From Microcystis aeruginosa NIES-843 (GTDB lineage: Bacteria; Cyanobacteriota; Cyanobacteriia; Cyanobacteriales; Microcystaceae), in NCBI RefSeq assembly GCF_000010625.1, contig NC_010296.1, positions 3,450,001 through 3,482,000 of the forward strand: a stretch of 32,000 nucleotides of DNA, in the 5' to 3' direction. This document shows, piece after piece, positions 6,774 through 14,365 of the stretch; within the stretch, counting starts at the first letter, position 1, and every line of letters begins with the position of its first letter. The position numbers were made by a program, and so were the translations under genes. The notes beneath the pieces are model-generated. The model did not search any database. It saw only the letters and a list, made by a program, of their open reading frames with translations, and was not told the origin of the DNA.

Positions 6774-9662
6774 TCAAAATCCTGATACTGACGATTTACC
6801 CCCAATCCCATCACACAAACCCCTATCCTCCTCCCTAACATCAGAATTAGGATTGTGTAAATAAACCCGCACCCAATCGCAACTACGTTCCATTAAATCA
6901 CTTAAACCCCAGTCTGTCCCAAGATTCCAGAGTTTGATAGTCTTGTCATCACTACCGCTCACCAATGTCTTGCCGTCGGGACTAAAACTAACGCTACTGA
7001 CAAAGCTACCATGCCCCCTGAGGGTGCGGATTTCTTGTCCTGTTTCTACATTCCAGAGTTTGATAGTGTTGTCATTACTACCGCTCACCAAAGTCTTGCC
7101 GTCGGGACTAAAATTAACGCTATTGACAAACCAATCATGCCCTTTGAGGGTGCGGATTTCTGTTCCTGTCTCGACATTCCAGAGTTTGATAGTTTTGTCC
7201 CCACTACCGCTCACCAATGTCTTGCCGTCGGGACTAAAATTAACGCTTCTGAAATAAATATCATGCCCCTTGATGGTGCGGATTTCTTTGCCTGTCTTTA
7301 CATTCCAGAGTTTGATAGTGTTATCCCTACTAACGCTTACCAAAGTCTTGCCGTCGGGACTAAAATTAACGCTATTGACATAACTATCATGCCCCTTGAG
7401 GGTGCGGATTTCTTCGCCTGTTTCTACATTCCAGAGTTTAATAGTATTGTCACCACTACCACTCACCAAAGTCTTGCCGTCGGGACTAAAATTAACGCTA
7501 ATGACAGAGTTATCATGCCCCTTGAGGGTGCGGATTTCTTGGCCTGTTTCTACATTCCAGAGTTTGATAGTTTTGTCCCCACTACCGCTCACCAAAGTCT
7601 TGCCGTCGGGACTAAAATTAACGCTATTGACAGGGCCATTATGCCCCTTGAGGGTGCGGATTTCTTCCCCTGTTTCTACATTCCAGAGTTTGATAGTGTT
7701 GTCCCAACTACCGCTCACCAAAGTCTTGCCGTCGGGACTAAAATTAACGCTCTGGACACCATCATGCCCCTTAAGGGTGCGGATTTCTTCGCCTGTTTCT
7801 ACATTCCAGAGTTTGATAGTGTTATCCCTACTAACGCTTACCAAAGTCTTGCCGTCGGGACTAAAATTAACGCTTGTGACAAAGTCCTTATGCCCTTCTA
7901 AGCGATTGCGTTCACTTTTCCAGTTGAGAAGTGCTTGTAAGGTATTCATCACCTCCTTGTCATATTTGTGTTGCTTTTGCAGGGTTTTTCCTGCCTTAAT
8001 CGCTAAGACGAAAGCATCTAAGTCTTTTCCTTGAACAAACAAAGACCAGGAAGAAAACCCGCGAGCATTTGCTAGATTGAGTTCAGCTTGTCGCGTTTGT
8101 TTCCAAGCCATTAAACCCAATCCCGTACTAACCATCACCGCCACCAACGAAACCGCTGTAATCCTTCGCGCTGTTCTAATTTTTTCGTTTTTTTGTCGTT
8201 CTGCTTGACTAATACTCGCCTTAATAAACTCAATCGCCACAGGATCTAAATTAGGCAGAGAATTATTCTTTTGAAACTCAACAATTTTGGCTAACTTAGA
8301 ACCGCCCCAAAGCTCACTACTCGCTTTTACTGCATCTTGCTTCTGTAAATCATCCCACTGTTTAGCATCAGCATATAAACGACTTCTCAGAACAATTATC
8401 TCCTCTTTTTCTCGAATTAAATCCTGTAACACTTTCCAAGAACGTAATAACGCCTCATGTGCCACCTCAACCGTTGCTTTCCCGTCTTCTCCCTTACTCA
8501 CCAAAAGACGATTATCTATTAATTGATAGAGAACCTCCTTTTGCATTTCCTCCTGTTCAAAACTCGATTTATCCGCCCTTCTGCTAACCGCTTTTTCCCC
8601 TTCTAAACTAATTAACTCTAGAAAAATTTCCTCTGCTGTTTTCCGTTGCTGTTCATTAAATTGACTATAAATTTTATCCGCTTGTTTTTCTAGCGCACCC
8701 GTTACCCCACCAATCTCTTGATAAATCTTATTATTTAAAACCCGCTCTTGAATATGATTTTTTTGCCACAATAAATCTAACGTATATTGTAACAGAGGTA
8801 AAGAGCCAGCCTGTTCATAAAAATCGGCAATAATTTGATTAATTAATCCCTTTTCAAAGATTACCCCATTTCTCGCCGCCGGTTCAGCAATAGCTAATCT
8901 TAACTGACTTTCATCCATATCCGTTAACATCTTGCTATACTGATCATGGATTTTTCCTAAACTGGGATAAGGACTTAATTTATCTAAAAAATCCGCCCTC
9001 ATCGTCATCACAATTTTAACTAAACTATTATTATTTTCAATTAATTTAATCAAACTTTTAATGAAAATATCTCTTTCCGTCTTCGGTGTACGAGTAAATA
9101 ATTCCTCAAATTGGTCAATAAAAATAAACCATAAATCAGAATTATTTTTTAATCCTTCAACCACCTTAATTAAAGTATCTTCCTTAACAGCTTGTGCTAA
9201 TTTCGCTTGGTATTGTGTATATCTATTCCCTAAAAGACAACCATAGAAAGACTCAAAGGGATTAACATCAGGAACAAAAGTTAAATTAACCAATCTATTC
9301 GCACCAAAATCATCCTTTAACTTAGGAATTAAACCCGCTTGCACGAGAGAAGATTTACCGCTTCCCGACGCACCTAAAAGCAATAAAACATTCTTTTGCT
9401 TTAAATAATCGGTTAACTCAACAATCCAATTATCTCGACCAAAAAACCTATCCTTATCATCTACTTCAAACTTCCTTAAACCCAAATAAGGTGAACCCGT
9501 AATTAAAGGTTGAGACTGAATCTCAACTCCTGACTTTTGGGTGATAATATATTGATTGATTACACCCCCACTAATATCACCTGCAATTCCCTTAAATTCA
9601 CCATCACCAATAAGACCTTTAACATCACCCCCTATTTCTAAATAATAACTTTTATCAGTCAT
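6774..9662 (-). CDS. STAND (NLR-like) P-loop NTPase with an N-terminal Gly/Asp-rich motif, one predicted TM helix and 8 WD40 repeats
   Basis: SPYLGLRKFEVDDKDRFFGRD followed by Walker A LLLLGASGSGKSSLVQAGLIPKL, and Walker B-like WFIFIDQFEE. Hydrophobic segment ITAVSLVAVMVSTGLGLMAW (about 8104-8163). Eight GH...SVNFSPDGKTLVSGS.D.TIKLWN units. Confidence 0.9.
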   Translation of the reverse strand: MTDKSYYLEIGGDVKGLIGDGEFKGIAGDISGGVINQYIITQKSGVEIQSQPLITGSPYLGLRKFEVDDKDRFFGRDNWIVELTDYLKQKNVLLLLGASGSGKSSLVQAGLIPKLKDDFGANRLVNLTFVPDVNPFESFYGCLLGNRYTQYQAKLAQAVKEDTLIKVVEGLKNNSDLWFIFIDQFEELFTRTPKTERDIFIKSLIKLIENNNSLVKIVMTMRADFLDKLSPYPSLGKIHDQYSKMLTDMDESQLRLAIAEPAARNGVIFEKGLINQIIADFYEQAGSLPLLQYTLDLLWQKNHIQERVLNNKIYQEIGGVTGALEKQADKIYSQFNEQQRKTAEEIFLELISLEGEKAVSRRADKSSFEQEEMQKEVLYQLIDNRLLVSKGEDGKATVEVAHEALLRSWKVLQDLIREKEEIIVLRSRLYADAKQWDDLQKQDAVKASSELWGGSKLAKIVEFQKNNSLPNLDPVAIEFIKASISQAERQKNEKIRTARRITAVSLVAVMVSTGLGLMAWKQTRQAELNLANARGFSSWSLFVQGKDLDAFVLAIKAGKTLQKQHKYDKEVMNTLQALLNWKSERNRLEGHKDFVTSVNFSPDGKTLVSVSRDNTIKLWNVETGEEIRTLKGHDGVQSVNFSPDGKTLVSGSWDNTIKLWNVETGEEIRTLKGHNGPVNSVNFSPDGKTLVSGSGDKTIKLWNVETGQEIRTLKGHDNSVISVNFSPDGKTLVSGSGDNTIKLWNVETGEEIRTLKGHDSYVNSVNFSPDGKTLVSVSRDNTIKLWNVKTGKEIRTIKGHDIYFRSVNFSPDGKTLVSGSGDKTIKLWNVETGTEIRTLKGHDWFVNSVNFSPDGKTLVSGSNDNTIKLWNVETGQEIRTLRGHGSFVSSVSFSPDGKTLVSGSDDKTIKLWNLGTDWGLSDLMERSCDWVRVYLHNPNSDVREEDRGLCDGIGGKSSVSGF
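6921..7895 (-). repeat. Array of 8 near-identical 126-bp (42-codon) WD40 repeat units
   Basis: Units align by eye at DNA and protein level. This repetition also generates the long antisense ORFs in the track. Confidence 0.9.
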
Positions 9663-9727
9663 TTTTGCTACCCCAAAATTATTCTTTTAAAGTTAACTTT
9701 AAATTGCAGTTTTAGAATTAGCAATTT

Positions 9728-10123
9728 TTAAGGACTTCCTACTAAACCAAACAATTTAGCCAAACCGCCTAAAATCGTTACAATTAAAGCGACTAAAATC
9801 CCTCGACTGACAAACTCTTGATTCTCTAAGCGCTTTTCCACGCCATCATTTTTTCCCTCTAGACGCTTCTCAATACCATCAATTTTTTCCTCCAGACGCT
9901 TCTCGACACCATCAATTTTTTCCTCCAGACGCTTCTCGACACCATCAATTTTTTCCTCCAGACGCTTCTCGACACCATCAATTTTTACCTCCAGACGCTT
10001 AATTTCACCTTTAACTTCACTAAGTTCAATCTTAATATCAGTAACATCTTTTTGAAGATTGTCTAACTTTTGATTGATTTGAATTAGAAAATCTTTAAGT
10101 TCTACCTCAACAGTAATTGACAT
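9728..10123 (-). CDS. Tail-anchored coiled-coil protein with KIDGVEKRLEE tandem repeats (XhlA-like architecture)
   Basis: 131 aa with AGGAGGG 8 nt upstream of the ATG. Heptad-rich N-terminal ~100 aa, then C-terminal hydrophobic helix GILVALIVTILGGLAKLFGLV. The XhlA resemblance is by architecture only. Confidence 0.7.
   Translation of the reverse strand: MSITVEVELKDFLIQINQKLDNLQKDVTDIKIELSEVKGEIKRLEVKIDGVEKRLEEKIDGVEKRLEEKIDGVEKRLEEKIDGIEKRLEGKNDGVEKRLENQEFVSRGILVALIVTILGGLAKLFGLVGSP
9828..10002. repeat. About 5.3 tandem copies of a 33-bp unit (CAGACGCTTCTCGACACCATCAATTTTTTCCTC)
   Basis: Units at 9828, 9861, 9894, 9927 and 9960. Units 9894-9926 and 9927-9959 are identical. Confidence 0.9.
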
Positions 10124-10483
10124 AAATTTCCCTCCTAAATAATCCTCAACTAATTAATGTTCTGACTAATATTTCCACCACTAATATCTCCTGCAATTCC
10201 CTTAAAAGTACCATCTCCCACCATTCCCTTAATATCATCACCAACATTAATATTATACTTACCTGCGGCAAATTCTTCAGGTTTTAATTGCTTAAGTAAT
10301 GATTCTGCTGTCTTAATAACCTCTGCATCTCTATCAATTTTTGCTTCAAGTAACTCTTCTTTGAGCAGTGTTTTTACCCCCTCTGAATCTGGTTTTTTCT
10401 CATGTTTATCGACGATATCACTATCATCTGTTTTCCCTTTTTCTGCAAATTTCTTCTTAATCAACGCTTTTAAACCCTCATAA

Positions 10484-11846
10484 TGGGACTTAAACGCCAA
10501 ATAAAGATCAAATCGAGTATAATCGTTAAAGAGTAAGCACTTTACGTTGAAAGAGCAGCGATGAAAGAGACAACCCCAGCCGCGATGCCCCCATGCTTTG
10601 ACCGATGGTGTCGGCGGTTTGACAATTGCTTCAAAAACGAAGCGCAAAAAAACGGCTTCAGACAATATTTAGGAGGATTATTAGGGGAAAGTGAGCGGAA
10701 AAACCTCACTCAAATGGCCAATAATGCCGTCGGAGTAGTTTATAACCGATTACATCACTTTTTGACCGAATCTCCCTGGTCAGACCGTCAGGTGAATGAA
10801 TGTCGGTTGCAAGTGATGAACCAATGCCGCCAGACGCAAATCCCCCGAGGATTTTCCCTGATTGTCGATGACTCAGGACATCGAAAAAGTGGCAATCTGA
10901 CCGCCGGAGTTGGCAGGCAGTACCTAGGAGAAATTGGCAAGACAGACAACGGAATAGTCGCCGTCACTACCCATCTCTACGACGGCAAAAAAAGTGTCCC
11001 CCTAGACATTGAAATTTATCAACCGGCTAGTTCCTTAGCCGAGGGGAAAGAAGACAAAGAATTTAAGAAGAAACCAGAGATAGCGATAGATTTAATTGAC
11101 CGGAGCTTAACCAGAGGCTATCGACCGAAAATCGTCTTAATAGATGCTGGTTATGGCAACAACACAAATTTTCTCAAAGCCCTGGAAGAAAGAAAGCTAA
11201 AATACTTAGGAGGATTGGCAAAAAATCGAAAAGTAATTATTGAAAAAGAAGGGGGTGTGGAAGAAACAATCCAGCTTGAGCAACTAGCAAAAAGCCTATC
11301 AGAAAAGGATTGGGAGAAAATCACCCTAAATCTAGATAAAGAAAAAACGGTTTGGGTAGCGGTATTCAGAGCGAAAATATCTCAACTAGAAGGAGAAAGG
11401 AACTTGGCGATCGTCATGAATGCAAGTTCAATGGAAAAAGCCACAGAGGTGGACTATTTCATCACCAATGTAGTTGAGGCAGATACAGTAACAGCTTCGT
11501 GGATAGTGAGGACTTACACCGAAAGAAATTGGGTGGAAGTATTCTACCGAGAAGCCAAAGGATGGTTAGGGTTAAGGGAATATCAAGTCAGGGATAAACG
11601 AAGCTTACTTCGTCATTTTATCCTGGTGTTTTGTGCCTATACATTTATCCTGTGGCATAAGTTAACTGGGGGATTGCAAAGGCGGTGGGCGAATCGACCT
11701 TTAAACACTTTTGTGGAAGCCTTGGAAGCTTTTCGGACAGCGATGTCTTTCCGTTTCTTTGAGTGGCTGACCGAGAATCGGGATGTGTTTGCCGCTTACA
11801 AAGCCAGTTTAGGCTTTGTTTGGGCTTGAAATTTGTTTAAGTCCCA
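10484..11846 (+). mobile_element. IS701-family insertion sequence (1363 bp)
   Basis: 12-bp terminal inverted repeats TGGGACTTAAAC / GTTTAAGTCCCA. 4-bp direct duplication ATAA at 10480-10483 and 11847-11850. Single transposase ORF. Confidence 0.85.
10561..11829 (+). CDS. IS701-family DDE transposase
   Basis: 422 aa. N-terminus FDRWCRRFDNCF...FRQYLGGLLGESERKNLTQMA, with the IVDDSGHRK and LIDAGYG DDE regions typical of IS701-like transposases. Confidence 0.85.
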   Translation: MKETTPAAMPPCFDRWCRRFDNCFKNEAQKNGFRQYLGGLLGESERKNLTQMANNAVGVVYNRLHHFLTESPWSDRQVNECRLQVMNQCRQTQIPRGFSLIVDDSGHRKSGNLTAGVGRQYLGEIGKTDNGIVAVTTHLYDGKKSVPLDIEIYQPASSLAEGKEDKEFKKKPEIAIDLIDRSLTRGYRPKIVLIDAGYGNNTNFLKALEERKLKYLGGLAKNRKVIIEKEGGVEETIQLEQLAKSLSEKDWEKITLNLDKEKTVWVAVFRAKISQLEGERNLAIVMNASSMEKATEVDYFITNVVEADTVTASWIVRTYTERNWVEVFYREAKGWLGLREYQVRDKRSLLRHFILVFCAYTFILWHKLTGGLQRRWANRPLNTFVEALEAFRTAMSFRFFEWLTENRDVFAAYKASLGFVWA

Positions 11847-12292
11847 ATAAGCATCCTTAACGGCTGTTCCTGCCGTATCCTTAGCAGCAGCAACCGCACC
11901 AGCAGCCAACGCAGCGAGAATTAGAGAAATTGGTTCCATTGCCTGAGACTCCAAATTAGATATTGCTGACTCAATTTTAGATCAAAGCAAAGTATCTGAC
12001 GCAATTATGGCGCAGGTATTGGGTGCGGATGGCTTGCTCGTCGGGGTTGTTGGCTACTACTGCCAGTTGCACATAGGTGGGATAGTAGCGACAGAAGGTG
12101 TAAATCTCACTGTCATCGATGCCCTGCTTGTTCGGTAAAAATCGTTCGCACTGAGGGATGATTTCGACGGGATAGCCGAAAATCTGGACAAAACTGGGAG
12201 TAGCAGTCCTCTAGATGCGCCCAATCAAGCGCACACTCAGATGAAAATTGCTCAAATTCACTTTAACCTAGATTTGTAGAAGTTGGATTAAA

Positions 12293-13324
12293 TTATCTCA
12301 AGGGAACAAAACCAGCTTTTTCAATTAATTCCTGTCCTTGATCGGTTAATAATAAATCAGCGTAAGCTTCCCCCGCTTGTTCGTCTAATTGACCATTTTG
12401 TTTGATAATAACAAAAAGACGACGGGTGATCGGGTATTCTCCCTTTTGAAAAGCTAATTCATTCAGTTGATTACGCTTCTGGGGACATTGGGAAGACGGG
12501 ATCGAAGGTTCTTGATAGGGGGCAACTAACTTATTTTCGCTTTTACCGAGGGGTAAAGTTTTAATTCCACACTGGGGAACTACTTCCGGTGCAGAAGCAT
12601 AGTAAATTCCTCCTAAATTTTGGGAAACTTTTCTGAGAGCGGGAGTTGTACTATAAACGTACTTAATGTTACTGCCAAAATCGGCTTTTTCTAAAACCTG
12701 ATCGATAAAAAATTCCACGGTTCCCCCATCTTCCTTGCGTCGGGAATAGGGAATAATGGCTAAATTAGGCCCGCCCACTTGCCGCCAATTGCGAATTTTT
12801 CCTGTATAAATATCTTTTAACTGGGTAATTGTTAGACCGGAAACCGGTAAATCAGGATGAACTGCGATCGCAATTCCATCGATAGCCACGGGAACCTCTT
12901 TTAAGGTCAATCCCCGTTGTTGAGCGCGTTGTATTTCCTCATCTTTGAGCGATCGAGATGCTTGGGAAAAAGCCAATTGATTCTCGATTAACATCCGAAT
13001 ACCGCTGCCGGTGCCGGGGGTTCCCGTAGTGGGATCGGTATAGACAAGGCGAAATTTCGGCCAGACTTGCTGGATAATAAAGTCCACTTCCTTGCGAATC
13101 GGGGCCCAAGTGGTACTTCCCCCGTAGTTAAATAATCCTTCCGGGACATTTTTAACTGCACCTAAAGTTTCAGAAATTTGATTATTCGAGGAGGAAGAAG
13201 AATTAGATCGATCATTGAGATTGGGAAAGGTTTTGTTGAGCAACCACCAAGCAATTCCTCCTAAAAGTGCCGATGTCACCATAACCGTCAACAGCAGCGG
13301 AAGAATTTCATTTTTCTGGGACAT
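12293..13324 (-). CDS. PstS-family periplasmic phosphate-binding protein (PBP-like)
   Basis: 343 aa with an N-terminal TM/signal segment. Motifs YGGSTTWAPIRKE, GTGSGIRMLIENQLAFSQASRSLKDEE and YPITRRLFVI. Confidence 0.7.
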   Translation of the reverse strand: MSQKNEILPLLLTVMVTSALLGGIAWWLLNKTFPNLNDRSNSSSSSNNQISETLGAVKNVPEGLFNYGGSTTWAPIRKEVDFIIQQVWPKFRLVYTDPTTGTPGTGSGIRMLIENQLAFSQASRSLKDEEIQRAQQRGLTLKEVPVAIDGIAIAVHPDLPVSGLTITQLKDIYTGKIRNWRQVGGPNLAIIPYSRRKEDGGTVEFFIDQVLEKADFGSNIKYVYSTTPALRKVSQNLGGIYYASAPEVVPQCGIKTLPLGKSENKLVAPYQEPSIPSSQCPQKRNQLNELAFQKGEYPITRRLFVIIKQNGQLDEQAGEAYADLLLTDQGQELIEKAGFVPLR

Positions 13325-13742
13325 AAAATCAGGATCACGATTCGGACTACTTTAATGATAATCCCAGCTTTTTTTAATGACCCTAACTTTTACAATTCTT
13401 TCGGGTTGTGCCAAGGGTTAAGGATCAACCATAGAGACACGAACAACAGAAAGGAGAGGATAGATTCGATGAGTAATACTAAACCAGGTTATTAAAAACT
13501 GATTATTTATTCTCCCTTTTGCCTCTTGCCTCTTGCATGAGTGCCTGTCCTGATATGTAAGCCTATACTCAACGGATTTAGTATAAAACCTATCAGACAA
13601 AGGACAAGATAGCGATATAACCTGCTTGAGCATCTTCTCCTGTTGACTGGCTACAGACCTTCGAACAGCAAAAAAACTTGAACAACAAAAACTAGAACAG
13701 CAAGGGATGGAGGCAACCCCATCCCCAAACTAGACAATTATG

Positions 13743-14138
13743 CTATTCTTTTTTATACATCACCTCCACCACGGTATGTACGTTACCTCTGGGATGAAAA
13801 TCCCCCTTAACTTTCATCTGCAAGGGTTCGCAAGCGGCCACCAAATCATCTAAAATTTGGTTAATTGCTTCTTCGTGGGAAATATAACGATCGCGATAAC
13901 TATTAATATAAAGTTTAATCGCCTTTAATTCCATCACCTTTTGATCGGGAACGTAGCTAAGATAAATAGTGGCAAAATCGGGATAACCGGAAAAGGGACA
14001 CTTACAGGTATATTCCGGCAGAGTGATCTGAATATCGTAATTTCTGCCAGGGCGTGGATTGGGGAAAGTAATTAATGTTCCTTCGGCAATTTCTCTTTCC
14101 CCGTACTTAACTTCAATTTTTTCGGAAGACTGAACCAT
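13743..14138 (-). CDS. queF: NADPH-dependent 7-cyano-7-deazaguanine (preQ0) reductase
   Basis: 131 aa. Motifs EYTCKCPFSGYPDFATIYLSYVPDQKVMELKAIKLYINSYRD and the catalytic Cys context of type I QueF. Confidence 0.9.
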   Translation of the reverse strand: MVQSSEKIEVKYGEREIAEGTLITFPNPRPGRNYDIQITLPEYTCKCPFSGYPDFATIYLSYVPDQKVMELKAIKLYINSYRDRYISHEEAINQILDDLVAACEPLQMKVKGDFHPRGNVHTVVEVMYKKE

Positions 14139-14365
14139 GTTTTTTCCTAACTAGACAATGTTTCCTATCATAGCTGGAATATTCTCTCAAGAGGCGTTAC
14201 CGAATCAAGAGATGAATAGTAACTCCTGCATCCTATTGACAAATTAGCTTAGTCCAGGGTTGAAAGAATGCCGAGAAGACAATGCAGACTTAAAATCAGC
14301 CAAGTCGAATTTTCAGGTAAAAAATGCTCTATGATTAACTCTAAAGATACTGTAAAACTGGTTTC

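Larger units (their letters stand above)
10150..11939 (-). pseudogene. Small helical effector-like protein (140 aa when repaired) whose C-terminal motif matches the STAND N-terminus; interrupted by an IS701-family element
   Basis: 5' exon-like part 11939-11847 encodes MEPISLILAALAAGAVAAAKDTAGTAVKDAY. Part 10479-10150 continues in frame with EGLKALIKKKF...GDDIKGMVGDGTFKGIAGDISGGNISQNIN after removal of the IS plus one ATAA. Confidence 0.75.

Noticed and set aside
6934-8034. Three long plus-strand ORFs (107, 296 and 212 aa) with repetitive translations
   Set aside because: They are antisense to the WD40 repeat array. Their length is a by-product of the 126-bp periodic sequence lacking stops in other frames. 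The minus-strand product has clear WD40 and NTPase motifs.
10484-10665. N-terminal ~55 residues of the 171-aa minus-strand ORF (MSEAVFLRFVFEAIVKPP...)
   Set aside because: This part lies inside the IS701-family element, antisense to its transposase. It is read-through from the interrupted gene, not a genuine N-terminus.
13418-13633. 71-aa minus-strand ORF between the pstS-like gene and queF
   Set aside because: It sits in an AT-rich intergenic region with short repeats (TTGCCTCTTGCCTCTTGC). It has no RBS or recognisable motif, and its composition is unlike neighbouring genes.
14139-14365. Possible preQ1 riboswitch upstream of queF
   Set aside because: Reading the minus-strand leader, I could not find the conserved preQ1-I/II core (a short hairpin followed by an A-rich tail with the conserved CUA/AAAAAACUA elements).
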